From NCBI GenBank assembly GCA_965203475.1, contig OZ241890.1:1513423-1577422 (forward strand): a DNA stretch of 64,000 bases. Direction: 5' to 3'. The DNA is from Gammaproteobacteria bacterium. Lineage in GTDB: Bacteria; Pseudomonadota; Gammaproteobacteria; UBA4575. Shown one piece after another: positions 42,177-53,629 of the stretch. Position numbers and translations under genes: made by a program. The notes beneath the pieces were generated by a model that searched no databases, was not told where the DNA came from, and saw nothing but the letters and a program-made list of their open reading frames with translations. Numbering within the stretch: the first letter of the stretch is position 1; the number at the start of each line of letters is the position of its first letter.

Positions 42177-44264
42177 ATGAAAGCGCCGCATGCAAAAAAG
42201 CAACCTAAAAAAATTATCATGCATGAGCATGAACGAATTGACGATTATGCATGGCTAAAAGATGAGAATTGGCAAAATGTAATTAAAGATCCATCTCTAC
42301 TTTCCGCAGATATTAGAGAATACTTGGAGCTGGAAAATAAGTATTTGGAAAATTCACTCCAAGATACAGAACAATTGCAAAAAGAATTATTCAATGAGCT
42401 ACGCGCAAGAATAAAAGAAGATGATAGTACCGTACCTGAAAAAGATAATGAGTATTTTTATTACGTGCGTTATGAACAAGACCAGCAATATCCAATTTTT
42501 TGCCGATATCACAAAGATACACCCAAGCAGGAAAAAATTTTATTAGATGCCAATACAGTTGCAAAAGATTATGCATACTTTGATATTGGCGATACAGGCC
42601 ACAGCCCTAATCACCGCTACTTTGCTTATAGCGCAGACACTAAAGGTTCGGAATTTTACACACTTTATATATTGGACCTAGCTAACAATGAACTGCTCGA
42701 GGATCAAATTCCGAATATACAAAGTGATTTTGTCTGGGCCCAGGATAATGAAACGATTTTTTACACCATGCTGGATAACAATCACCGCCCTGACCGTGTG
42801 TTGCGACACCGATTACACCAAAACATAAACCAAGATGATCAAGTATACAAAGAACTTGATCCAGGATTTTTTGTTGGACTCGATGTTACAGAATCGAACA
42901 ACTACATATTAATTTCTGCACATGATCACGTGACTTCTGAAATTTATTTTGTAGACGCGCACCAGCCAGACATGCCACCAACTTTATTCTCTAAGCGAGA
43001 AGCCAATCTTGAATATGAAATTACGGATCATGGCGATTATTTTTATATCGTCACGAACAAAGATGGCGTAGAAGACTATAAACTAATGCGAACATCTTTA
43101 CGTAAAACGGATCAGTCAAATTGGAATGATTTTTATGTACCCGAAGAAGGAACTTTATTAAGAGACACCCTCCTTTTTAAACATTTTCTAATTCGTTTCG
43201 AACACACAAATGGCTTACCAAGAATAAATGTCTCTAACTTATATGAACAAGCACTGGGGGACACGCATGCCATTGAATTTGATGAAGAAGCCTATGAATT
43301 ACATGTAATGCCTGGTTATGAGTTTGATACGGAAATTTTACGTTTTTCATACACTTCAATGACTACACCAACACAAATTTTTGACTACAACATGTCGGGG
43401 CGAACTCGTGAACTTAAAAAGCAGCAACTAATACCTAGTGGGCATGATGTTCATCAATATGTAACACGAAGATTATTTGCAACCACAAAAGATAAACAAC
43501 AAATTCCCATCTCTTTACTCTACAAAAAAACAACTGTACTGAATGGAAAAGCACCATTATTACTGTACGCCTATGGTGCATATGGAAACTCTATGCCTGC
43601 CAGCTTTTCAAGCAATCGGTTTTCATTAGTAAATCGAGGGTTTGTGTATGCTATTGCACATGTGCGCGGTGGTATGGAAAAAGGCTACAGCTGGTATCGA
43701 GACGGCAAGCTTCAACACAAAAAAAATACGTTTGAAGATTACATCGCATGTGCAGAACACTTAATTGAGCAAAACTATACTAACGCGGGCAAAATTACAG
43801 TTCATGGCGGTTCCGCTGGAGGTATGCTAGTGGGCGCAGTATTGAATATGAAACCTGAATTATTTCATGCTGCAATCGCAGATGTGCCATTTGTGGATGT
43901 GTTAAACACCATGAGTGATGACACCTTGCCATTAACACCCCCAGAATGGCCTGAATGGGGAAACCCCATTCAAAATAAACAGGATTATGAAAATATTCTT
44001 GGATACTCTCCTTACGAAAATGTACACGCACAAAATTACCCTCATCTGTTGGTTACTGCCGGCCTAACAGACCCACGTGTAACCTACTGGGAACCTGCTA
44101 AATGGGTAGCGAAGCTTCGAAATTTAAAAACAGATCAGAACATTTTACTGTTAAAAATGAATATGAAGGCTGGGCATGCTGGTGCATCAGGTCGATTTGA
44201 TTATCTTAAAGAAATCGCTTTAATGTACGCATTTATAGTTAAAGCATTCAATAGTTATAAGTAA
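42177..44264 (+). CDS. ptrB: Oligopeptidase B (S9A prolyl oligopeptidase family)
   Basis: Beta-propeller N-domain, catalytic GGSAGGMLVG and C-terminal Asp/His; the start may be the internal Met (MHEHERIDDYAWL). Confidence 0.88.
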   Translation: MKAPHAKKQPKKIIMHEHERIDDYAWLKDENWQNVIKDPSLLSADIREYLELENKYLENSLQDTEQLQKELFNELRARIKEDDSTVPEKDNEYFYYVRYEQDQQYPIFCRYHKDTPKQEKILLDANTVAKDYAYFDIGDTGHSPNHRYFAYSADTKGSEFYTLYILDLANNELLEDQIPNIQSDFVWAQDNETIFYTMLDNNHRPDRVLRHRLHQNINQDDQVYKELDPGFFVGLDVTESNNYILISAHDHVTSEIYFVDAHQPDMPPTLFSKREANLEYEITDHGDYFYIVTNKDGVEDYKLMRTSLRKTDQSNWNDFYVPEEGTLLRDTLLFKHFLIRFEHTNGLPRINVSNLYEQALGDTHAIEFDEEAYELHVMPGYEFDTEILRFSYTSMTTPTQIFDYNMSGRTRELKKQQLIPSGHDVHQYVTRRLFATTKDKQQIPISLLYKKTTVLNGKAPLLLYAYGAYGNSMPASFSSNRFSLVNRGFVYAIAHVRGGMEKGYSWYRDGKLQHKKNTFEDYIACAEHLIEQNYTNAGKITVHGGSAGGMLVGAVLNMKPELFHAAIADVPFVDVLNTMSDDTLPLTPPEWPEWGNPIQNKQDYENILGYSPYENVHAQNYPHLLVTAGLTDPRVTYWEPAKWVAKLRNLKTDQNILLLKMNMKAGHAGASGRFDYLKEIALMYAFIVKAFNSYK

Positions 44265-44347
44265 ACCTGTATTGCAAACACATATGGATTTACACCATAA
44301 TTCACACCTCAAATTTTTAGAACTATAAAATTCCCAGGACTGAGAGA

Positions 44348-44566
44348 ATGGTAGAAGAAAATCTTATTCGCCGAGATTCTGATGAAGGCTACATTATTGC
44401 TTGGAAATTAAAATATGATTTTGAAACAGGCAAACTCAAAGATGACGCCATGACATATGGCGAAGCACGAAAAAAATGTGAAGAATTAAACGAACAAGAA
44501 CCTGATAAAACGTATTGGCCCGAAAAAGTTAAATCAGGGCCAGAATGGCATTTGGTTTACGAGTAA
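44348..44566 (+). CDS. Hypothetical protein (72 aa)
   Basis: ORF only. Confidence 0.3.
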   Translation: MVEENLIRRDSDEGYIIAWKLKYDFETGKLKDDAMTYGEARKKCEELNEQEPDKTYWPEKVKSGPEWHLVYE

Positions 44567-44573
44567 ATTTTTC

Positions 44574-45218
44574 TTACGGTGAAACTCTTTCTATTCTCCA
44601 TTTATTAGAATTTGTTGTTACATAGCGCAATCGGTCATGTAGTCGATTGGGTCTTCCTTGCCAAAATTCTATAAGATTTGGAATAACACGATATCCACCC
44701 CAGTGTTTTGGGTAAGGAATTTCTTTTCCCTCATATTTTTGTTCTAAACGGTTGTACTCATTTTCTAATACTTGGTAGTTGTCAATTACAGAACTTTGCT
44801 GTGAAGCAATCGCACCTAACTGACTGCCACGTGGTCGCGTATGAAAATATTCTTCGGATTCTTTAGTCGATATTTTTTCTACCGTGCCTTGAATGCGTAC
44901 CTGTCGATACAATTTGTCCCACCATATATTCAATGCAGCCGTTTTAGTTGCGTCTAAATCTTTAGCTTTATTGCTATGGTAATTAGTAAAAAAAACAAAT
45001 CCGTTTTTATTAAATGCTTTTAGTAACACCATACGTGATGTAATTACGCCATCTTTATTATTAGTAGCAATACTCATAGCATTTGGCTCAATAAATTCAG
45101 CTTCACAAGCTTCATTGAACCAAAGTTCAAACTGCTCAAATGGATTATCTTTCACTTTACTTTTTTCTAACATCGTGGTTTGGTAATTTTTGCGAAGCTT
45201 CGATATATCATCAGACAT
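44574..45218 (-). CDS. pdxH: Pyridoxamine 5'-phosphate oxidase
   Basis: FMN-binding PNPOx sequence (...RMVLLK..FVFFTNY.S.K...). Confidence 0.88.
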   Translation of the reverse strand: MSDDISKLRKNYQTTMLEKSKVKDNPFEQFELWFNEACEAEFIEPNAMSIATNNKDGVITSRMVLLKAFNKNGFVFFTNYHSNKAKDLDATKTAALNIWWDKLYRQVRIQGTVEKISTKESEEYFHTRPRGSQLGAIASQQSSVIDNYQVLENEYNRLEQKYEGKEIPYPKHWGGYRVIPNLIEFWQGRPNRLHDRLRYVTTNSNKWRIERVSP

Positions 45219-45238
45219 GATGAGTACTATTGTAGTGG

Positions 45239-45871
45239 TTATTTATAGCAAATACCGGTTCCGCCTAGACCACAATAACCACTAGGATTTTTTGCTAAAT
45301 ATTGTTGGTGATAATCTTCAGCGTAATAAAATTCAGGCGCATCTAAAATTTCGGTAGTGATTGACCCTACTCCTTTTGCAGTCAATTTAGTTTGATATTG
45401 TTGTTTACTTTGAATGGCTTTGGCTTTTTGTTCTTCATCATATACATAAATTCCTGAACGATATTGCGTGCCCACATCATTCCCTTGCTGCATGCCTTGA
45501 GTCGGATTATGCGACTCCCAAAATTGTATTAATAATTCTTCATATTGAATGACAGCAGAATCAAACACCACACGCACCACCTCGTTATGCCCCGTGAGAC
45601 CAGTACACACCTCTTCATAGGTGGGATTAGGAGTAAAACCCCCTGCATACCCAACAGCCGTGGAATAAACCTCTTTCATTTCCCAAAACTTTCGTTCTGC
45701 CCCCCAAAAACAACCCAAACCAAACATGGCAAAGCTATGGCCATCGGGGAAAGGCGGCACCAAAGAATTTTTGTTCACATAGTGCACTTTTGCCGTAGAA
45801 ATTGGCGTATCACGACCCGGAAGCGCTTGCTCTGGTGTAGGCATCAGTGTTTTTTTAGTCGACAAAAACAT
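45239..45871 (-). CDS. msrA: Peptide methionine sulfoxide reductase MsrA
   Basis: GCFWG active-site motif. Confidence 0.92.
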   Translation of the reverse strand: MFLSTKKTLMPTPEQALPGRDTPISTAKVHYVNKNSLVPPFPDGHSFAMFGLGCFWGAERKFWEMKEVYSTAVGYAGGFTPNPTYEEVCTGLTGHNEVVRVVFDSAVIQYEELLIQFWESHNPTQGMQQGNDVGTQYRSGIYVYDEEQKAKAIQSKQQYQTKLTAKGVGSITTEILDAPEFYYAEDYHQQYLAKNPSGYCGLGGTGICYK

Positions 45872-46017
45872 TACATTTACAAGTGGTTCAAATTTTAGTT
45901 TATATTTTCAATAATCTGAAAGTACAGGAAATAAATTGGAATAATAGTTGTATGATTACGCTTTAGGGAATTTAACTAAGTTATTAGGTGTCTATATTAT
46001 AAATCAATTATCCTAAT

Positions 46018-46275
46018 ATGGAGCTCGTTATGAAAATTAGAATATTCCTGATTGTAATGCTTTCGATTCTTCCAATCACCTATGTGGTGGCATTTACTGG
46101 TCCACCCAGTATTTATTACAGCCAATATTTCAATCGTGGCGATCAATTAAAAAAATCATACAAAGATGTGCATGGTGAAAGCTACGAAAACTACAGCAAA
46201 CGCATCCGCGAAGAAGTTGAAAGAAAATCTATTCAAGAATCGGATAAAAAAATCAATATACAAGAAGACAACTAA
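46018..46275 (+). CDS. Small secreted hypothetical protein (85 aa)
   Basis: Signal peptide; ORF only. Confidence 0.3.
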   Translation: MELVMKIRIFLIVMLSILPITYVVAFTGPPSIYYSQYFNRGDQLKKSYKDVHGESYENYSKRIREEVERKSIQESDKKINIQEDN

Positions 46276-46297
46276 ATTCAAAATTTGTGAATACAAG

Positions 46298-46430
46298 GAT
46301 AGTGAGCATAGAGACGATGTGCATGGATGCACAAGTGTCGTGGTAGACAGGAAGTCGGGAGCGACCATGCGAATATGAGTTCCATCAGGGATGATGCAAC
46401 CGAATAAGAATATTAACTGGTTGCATCATC
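46298..46430 (+). repeat. MITE-like element copy C (partial, lacks clear TIRs; internal 12-bp hairpin gatgatgcaacc/ggttgcatcatc)
   Basis: About 80% identity to the copy A core over ~100 bp. Confidence 0.7.
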
Positions 46431-47155
46431 TAACTATTATTTTTAATGTGCATTGTTAGACTTTTGTTTTCTACAACGAATGACTGGCCGTGCCAACCAA
46501 ATTGTAAGAATGAGGAAAATTCCCATTCATTATTATTAGAAAATAACTCAAGCATAGCCATTCTTTCACCAGAAATTTGTGTTGCTGACCAACAAAAGTA
46601 ATCATCAAAGGCAATAATCATTCCATGTTTTAAACGCGGCAAAAGAAACTGAAGCACTTCTTTTGCACTCGAATAAAGATCGCAATCGATGTATGCAAGT
46701 GCAATATTTTTTGGCGCATCTTCATCCGTCAAATTTTGCAAGGTTTCTTCATAAAATCCTGGTATCACTTTATAGGCATCTCTTGGTATGCCTTGCGCAG
46801 CACAAAGTCTATGAAACGTTTCTAGGGGCGTAGATAATTTTTTCTCGACCCATTTTGGGTGTGAATCTTTTGACTCTGCAGGTGCCGGAAGTCCTTCAAA
46901 TGAATCAAATGCCCATAATTTGGCAATGTGCTTATGCCGAGTGGCCTCACGGTAAGCCAGAGAAAATGTTTTTGCGCCATGACAACCAAACTCAGCATAA
47001 TCTCCATCTATCCCATTAAACGAAAGCGCCCTAAAAGCATTGTAAAAAAATTCTTTTCGACCTTCTCGTTCTTTTACATGAATAAGAGGATCACGCCTGC
47101 TAGAATTTTTTAAAATACTTGACTCAATTCTTTTCAATAAATATTTAAGATTCAT
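46430..47155 (-). CDS. Class I SAM-dependent methyltransferase, TylF/MycF (macrocin O-methyltransferase) family
   Basis: AFDSFEGLP and YIDCDLY motifs. Confidence 0.7.
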   Translation of the reverse strand: MNLKYLLKRIESSILKNSSRRDPLIHVKEREGRKEFFYNAFRALSFNGIDGDYAEFGCHGAKTFSLAYREATRHKHIAKLWAFDSFEGLPAPAESKDSHPKWVEKKLSTPLETFHRLCAAQGIPRDAYKVIPGFYEETLQNLTDEDAPKNIALAYIDCDLYSSAKEVLQFLLPRLKHGMIIAFDDYFCWSATQISGERMAMLELFSNNNEWEFSSFLQFGWHGQSFVVENKSLTMHIKNNS

Positions 47156-47196
47156 CCTGTATCAATTTGCTACGTTTTGTATTTATTAAGTATACA

Positions 47197-47300
47197 GTTA
47201 GTGAGCACAGGGATGTGCGAATATGAGTCGAATCATGGAGGATTCGAACCGGTTAAAGTTTTAATTTCCAATGTCCGCTATCGGCCAATAGCGGACATTT
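47197..47300 (+). repeat. MITE-like element copy D (internally deleted; ends in perfect hairpin AATGTCCGCTATCGGCCAATAGCGGACATT)
   Basis: Shares the agtgagcacagggatgtgcgaatatgag core and the terminal palindrome. Confidence 0.7.
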
Positions 47301-47393
47301 GTTAGATCCAAAGTAGCATAAATCTATGTATCAGCATTTAAGCCTGAAGTTGTCATCAATATAAAAAAAACAGTTCACATTGGCCTATACGCA

Positions 47394-47963
47394 TCATGTT
47401 GACTCATTCAATTTCAATGTTATTTTACCTGGCCATTCTTGCTCTAAGCGTTTTATTAGTTCAGGCATGAACTGCTCGTATGAATGCTTCGTGTGAAAAA
47501 CAATACCTGCTTTAGGTCTGTAGTAATTATTGGTTGCTTTTAATGACATCGATCTAAAAAATAATGACCGCCAATGATACCAGTCCATAAATATCATGGG
47601 ACTATCATCAATCAATTCCTGAGTTTCTTTAAAACTCTCATATTGTGCTTCTAGCGAGTCATGTTCGTAGGGATACCGTACGACATCATTTTTAAAAGTC
47701 TCGAACGAGATAGGTGCTTTCAATTTGCGACGCAGTTTCGTATGCCTATCAGAAGAGTCTCTTAATTGAAAATTCGTATCAGACGTAAATTCAGTCATAA
47801 CTTGACGCAGTTGTTTGAATTGATCTGGTTCTATATCAATCCCTAACACACCATATTGCTGATAACTGAGTATATAGGCAAGATTGATGATAAATATCAA
47901 TCCAACTATCGCGATTGGAGTTACTACTATATACCCTACCAGTTTACGTAATTTTTTTCTCAT
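47394..47963 (-). CDS. Hypothetical protein with N-terminal TM anchor (189 aa)
   Basis: ORF with one N-terminal hydrophobic helix. Confidence 0.4.
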   Translation of the reverse strand: MRKKLRKLVGYIVVTPIAIVGLIFIINLAYILSYQQYGVLGIDIEPDQFKQLRQVMTEFTSDTNFQLRDSSDRHTKLRRKLKAPISFETFKNDVVRYPYEHDSLEAQYESFKETQELIDDSPMIFMDWYHWRSLFFRSMSLKATNNYYRPKAGIVFHTKHSYEQFMPELIKRLEQEWPGKITLKLNEST

Positions 47964-47976
47964 ATCATGATGTGTT

Positions 47977-48143
47977 AAATGTCCACTTTAGGTCGTAAGC
48001 AGACATTCAGTAGAAAAAATTATTCTGTTCACATCATCCATGATGGAAATCTTATTCGCACGATCGATCCTGACTTCCTGTCTACCGCGACACTTGTGCA
48101 TCCATGCACATCGTCCTTTTGCTCAGAATCAATATCGGACATT
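47977..48143 (-). repeat. MITE-like element copy E (full length, inverted; TIRs AAATGTCCAC ... ATCGGACATTT)
   Basis: Its reverse complement aligns with copy A across the core (gtgcatggatgcacaagtgtcgcggtagacaggaagtc...cgtgcgaataagatttccatcatgg). Confidence 0.75.
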
Positions 48144-48144
48144 T

Positions 48145-48639
48145 TTAAATTATCAACTGATTGTACAAACTCGATTCCCGCTTAAAAAACCCTTCGGTAT
48201 GGAATGAGTCTTCCAGTTTAAATAATTCATAATCAATATGATGACAAAGCTCATGCAATAAGGTGCGCATATATGTTTTAAATGCCACAACCTGTTTTCT
48301 TTTTGCCGTTAGCATCCACACAGAAATTTCGGGGGTCTTGATTTGTTTTGATACGCCTTCATACAGTCCATGTAATTCGCCGTAATTGTTGTGTGGCCGT
48401 GTTTTTAATACTTTAACTTTCACGGGAGGAATCTCTAATTGTTGGGTTAATTGAATAACTAACGTTTGGGTGGTGTTTTGTACAGCTTTTTTTTCAGCTG
48501 TTAATAAAGCTTCTTTAATATTTCGTACATAGGGTAGTAAAGATTCAGAATCATGAATTTTTACTTGAGCAATTTTATCGCTGGCACGATAGATTTTTTT
48601 AGCTTTAGATGAAAGTTTGGCGTAATAGGAATAAGGCAT
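48145..48639 (-). CDS. HExxH-motif protein (putative Zn-dependent hydrolase, DUF45/SprT-like)
   Basis: LLHELCHHIDYELF motif; 164 aa. Confidence 0.45.
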   Translation of the reverse strand: MPYSYYAKLSSKAKKIYRASDKIAQVKIHDSESLLPYVRNIKEALLTAEKKAVQNTTQTLVIQLTQQLEIPPVKVKVLKTRPHNNYGELHGLYEGVSKQIKTPEISVWMLTAKRKQVVAFKTYMRTLLHELCHHIDYELFKLEDSFHTEGFFKRESSLYNQLII

Positions 48640-48722
48640 TTACTACATCATTAATTCTAATGATGCAAAGTGTACAAGCTCTATTTTGTTGAAACTAGAT
48701 AAATTTGTCTATTCAAGAAATT

Positions 48723-49352
48723 TTATAAATCGTTTTGGCTCACATCAATTGCGGAACGAATATCGTGAGTGGCAATAGAGACAGAATAATTATCGAGGCG
48801 AACGAGTCCTTCATCGGTTACATAGGCGCCATAGCCTCGTAACATTCCAACCAGCACGAATTGACCATCTTCACAAGCGAGCAAACCTCCGCCTGATGAG
48901 CCGGAATCTATGCCTGCACTGGTATGAATGGCTTCGGCCTCTTTAAAGCTAAAGCGGCCTGTGGACGTATGTTGGCCTTCCGCTCGCGGGTACCCTACTG
49001 CCCATACCTCTTGGCTTTCATGCATTTCTTGATTGCTGAGTGGAATGGGATTGCGTCGATCCGTCCACACCGATAACAACGCCAAATCTGTTTCAGTATC
49101 CAACATGATGACTGATGCAACATACATTTTCTCATTTACAACAATTACCGTATCGGAAATATCTTCTAACGCGTGTGCAGCGGTGATAACTAAATTATCG
49201 GAAACAATTACACCACTGGCATGACTATTCTTCCCGCTAATGATGGGAATAATAGAATCTAACGTTTGGCTAGTGGGCCAACTACAACTTTCTTCTGCTG
49301 CACTACTTCCTGTACTACATAAAAGCAGAAGAAAAAAGATAAGGCGCTTCAT
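48723..49352 (-). CDS. Secreted trypsin-like (S1) serine protease
   Basis: Signal peptide; catalytic His context ITAAHAL and Ser context DSGSSGG. Confidence 0.65.
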   Translation of the reverse strand: MKRLIFFLLLLCSTGSSAAEESCSWPTSQTLDSIIPIISGKNSHASGVIVSDNLVITAAHALEDISDTVIVVNEKMYVASVIMLDTETDLALLSVWTDRRNPIPLSNQEMHESQEVWAVGYPRAEGQHTSTGRFSFKEAEAIHTSAGIDSGSSGGGLLACEDGQFVLVGMLRGYGAYVTDEGLVRLDNYSVSIATHDIRSAIDVSQNDL

Positions 49353-49568
49353 CCTACGCTCCTTATATTATTAATTTCTACGTATAATCTTGATTCGATT
49401 ATATTTTATATAGTAGATGAAAAAGATTTATAAAGTAGGCAACTGAGTCACGAGATCAGACTAAATGCATTAAATTATTTTCAAATGTTGATATTTGGTA
49501 GGATTTAATTAATAAGCGGTTGTCGAGATTGTGAATCAATACTCAGAACGAGTGTTAATTTGATCACT

Positions 49569-50483
49569 TTAAAATGTAAATTTCCAAGACTCCGCTTCTA
49601 TGAATACACGCTTAACACGTATAAATTTTTGTTTTATTTCTTGGTCAATTTGTGCAATTACAGATTCCAATTGTTGTGTTTGAATCTCATCATTAAATTC
49701 AACACTTAAATTAACCAAAATATATTCGGGCCCCATATGCATGGTTAACACTTCGTTAACTTTTTCCACACCAGATGTTTTTGATACTAATTCTCGAATA
49801 CCACTGACGACTTCTTCATTGGCACGCTCACCAATTAACAGCCCTTTCGTTTCATAGGCCAACAAGATGGCTATACTTGCTAGAATAATGCCAATACCGA
49901 CAGAGGCAATTCCGTCATAGACATAATTCTCTGTGTATTGGCTTACCGCAATGCCTACCATGGCTACAATGAGGCCTAAAGTTGCTGCTAAATCTTCCAA
50001 TAAGACAACAAATAAACCAGGGTCCTTGCCTGTGTGAATGGCTTTCATATAACTTTTATCGCCTTTGGCTTTGTTGAATTCTTTGATTGCAACATAAAAA
50101 ACAAACCCTTCAATAACAAGCGCAATTCCCAACACAATATAGTTCACAATTGGATCTGTAATCACTGTTGGGTGAGCAATATGCACAACTCCTTTGTACA
50201 TCGACAAACCTGCGCCCACTGCAAATATTAAAATTGCAACGACAAAACTCCAAAAATAAATTTCTTTGCCATGTCCAAACGGATAATTTTTATCCGCCGG
50301 TTTTTTTGCCTGCTTTAGCCCAAATAAAAGTAAAACTTGATTACCGGTATCAACCACGGAGTGAATCCCCTCCGAAAACATGGCCGAACTACCAGTAAAA
50401 AAAGATGCCGCAAATTTCATTACAGCAATAGCCGCATTACCGATCAGTGCTGCATAGATAACTTTTTTAGAAGAGCCTGCCAT
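49569..50483 (-). CDS. Cation diffusion facilitator (CDF) family metal efflux transporter
   Basis: Six transmembrane segments plus a cytoplasmic C-terminal domain; typical CDF sequence. Confidence 0.8.
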   Translation of the reverse strand: MAGSSKKVIYAALIGNAAIAVMKFAASFFTGSSAMFSEGIHSVVDTGNQVLLLFGLKQAKKPADKNYPFGHGKEIYFWSFVVAILIFAVGAGLSMYKGVVHIAHPTVITDPIVNYIVLGIALVIEGFVFYVAIKEFNKAKGDKSYMKAIHTGKDPGLFVVLLEDLAATLGLIVAMVGIAVSQYTENYVYDGIASVGIGIILASIAILLAYETKGLLIGERANEEVVSGIRELVSKTSGVEKVNEVLTMHMGPEYILVNLSVEFNDEIQTQQLESVIAQIDQEIKQKFIRVKRVFIEAESWKFTF

Positions 50484-50503
50484 TAGAACTTATAAAGTTA
50501 CGC

Positions 50504-52405
<1,902 letters not shown>

Positions 52406-52435
52406 CTAATGTTTTATCGAGCCAGGAGTGCATGC

Positions 52436-52555
52436 ACATTAGAATATCTGCAGCTTCCCTACGCCAGCATGACCTGGATCAGGTACTTAGAGTAATTCTC
52501 AGCCCATGCAACAAACTAACTGTTTCTCGTTGGGCTCCCCTAGCCTCAGTGATGC
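52436..52555 (-). promoter_or_regulatory. TPP (THI-box) riboswitch in the thiC leader
   Basis: The minus strand carries ctaggggagccc...gggCTGAGAattactctaagtACCTGATCCAGGTCATGCTGGCGTAGGGAAg, matching the conserved THI-element core. Confidence 0.8.
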
Positions 52556-52686
52556 CAATTTTAAATGATTAAACTTCATTTTGATATGAATGGCTTTATT
52601 TTTAATCACATTTTGTTTCATACAGTTGCTCCAGAACAGCTCTGCGCTTACTCTTTCCATTACAAAAAGTTATTTATCAGAATTTC

Positions 52687-53625
52687 ATGTCTCTCAATGT
52701 TGCCATCATTGGACCCGGTCGAAGTCATCAGGGCACTGGTCCCTACATAGCGCGTACTTTTCATAAGCTTGGCCATAAAATCTGTGGAGTGGTGAGTCAT
52801 TCCAACGAATCTGCTAGTCGTTGTGCAGCCACACTTAAAAATGATCTGAATATCGATACTACGCCCCATGCTAACTTTGAGGAGCTATTAGCAACTTCAA
52901 AAGTAGATATTGCAGTTATAAGTAGCCCGGCATCAACACATTTCCTCTATCTTGAAATTGCAATTGATGCGGGTTGTCATATTTTTTGTGAAAAACCTAT
53001 GTGGTGGGATAGCGAAATTAAATCGATTGCAGAGTGCAGAGCAAAAACGATAGACATCGTTAACCGATGCAAAGCTAAAAATCGTATCTTACAGCTGAAT
53101 ACCCAATGGCCGTATACAGTCCCCACTTTTTATGAATTGTATCCAGACTGCAACGCAGAAATTAAATCTTTTTCTATGTGGCTAGCCCCCCAAAGTAGCC
53201 ACTTAAATATGATAATTGATGCCGCACCACACTTATTGAGTATGCTTTATTCTCTGGTGGGCACCGGTAGAATTGAAGGTATTCAAATACACTCAAAGTC
53301 AGATACGAATTTTTCAATTAATTTTATTTACCAGCATGCATTTGGGGATGTAAGCGTTGAATTCTTTTTACAATCAAGCGATGCCATACCAAAATCAGCC
53401 GCCTATGCCATTAACGATATGCGAGTAGATAGGCATGTAGAACTAGATAAATACCTGATATCATTACGATCACCTGAAAAACAATTACCTGTAGTGGATC
53501 CTTTAGAGTCTTCAGTAAAGAACTTTTTAAGTTCAATACATGCAAACTGTTCATTAGATGAGTCTGCTTTAATCGATGGGATGACCCAGCTCGCACAAAT
53601 TTATTTCTCGGTAAAAAACAACTAA
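52687..53625 (+). CDS. Gfo/Idh/MocA-family NAD(P)-dependent oxidoreductase
   Basis: N-terminal Rossmann fold (VAIIGPG) and the ...EKP motif. Confidence 0.7.
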   Translation: MSLNVAIIGPGRSHQGTGPYIARTFHKLGHKICGVVSHSNESASRCAATLKNDLNIDTTPHANFEELLATSKVDIAVISSPASTHFLYLEIAIDAGCHIFCEKPMWWDSEIKSIAECRAKTIDIVNRCKAKNRILQLNTQWPYTVPTFYELYPDCNAEIKSFSMWLAPQSSHLNMIIDAAPHLLSMLYSLVGTGRIEGIQIHSKSDTNFSINFIYQHAFGDVSVEFFLQSSDAIPKSAAYAINDMRVDRHVELDKYLISLRSPEKQLPVVDPLESSVKNFLSSIHANCSLDESALIDGMTQLAQIYFSVKNN

Positions 53626-53629
53626 AGCT

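Noticed and set aside
47240-47262. GGTTCGAATCC T-loop-like motif (minus strand) inside MITE copy D
   Set aside because: There is no acceptor stem, D-arm or anticodon arm around it, so it is not a tRNA or tRNA fragment.
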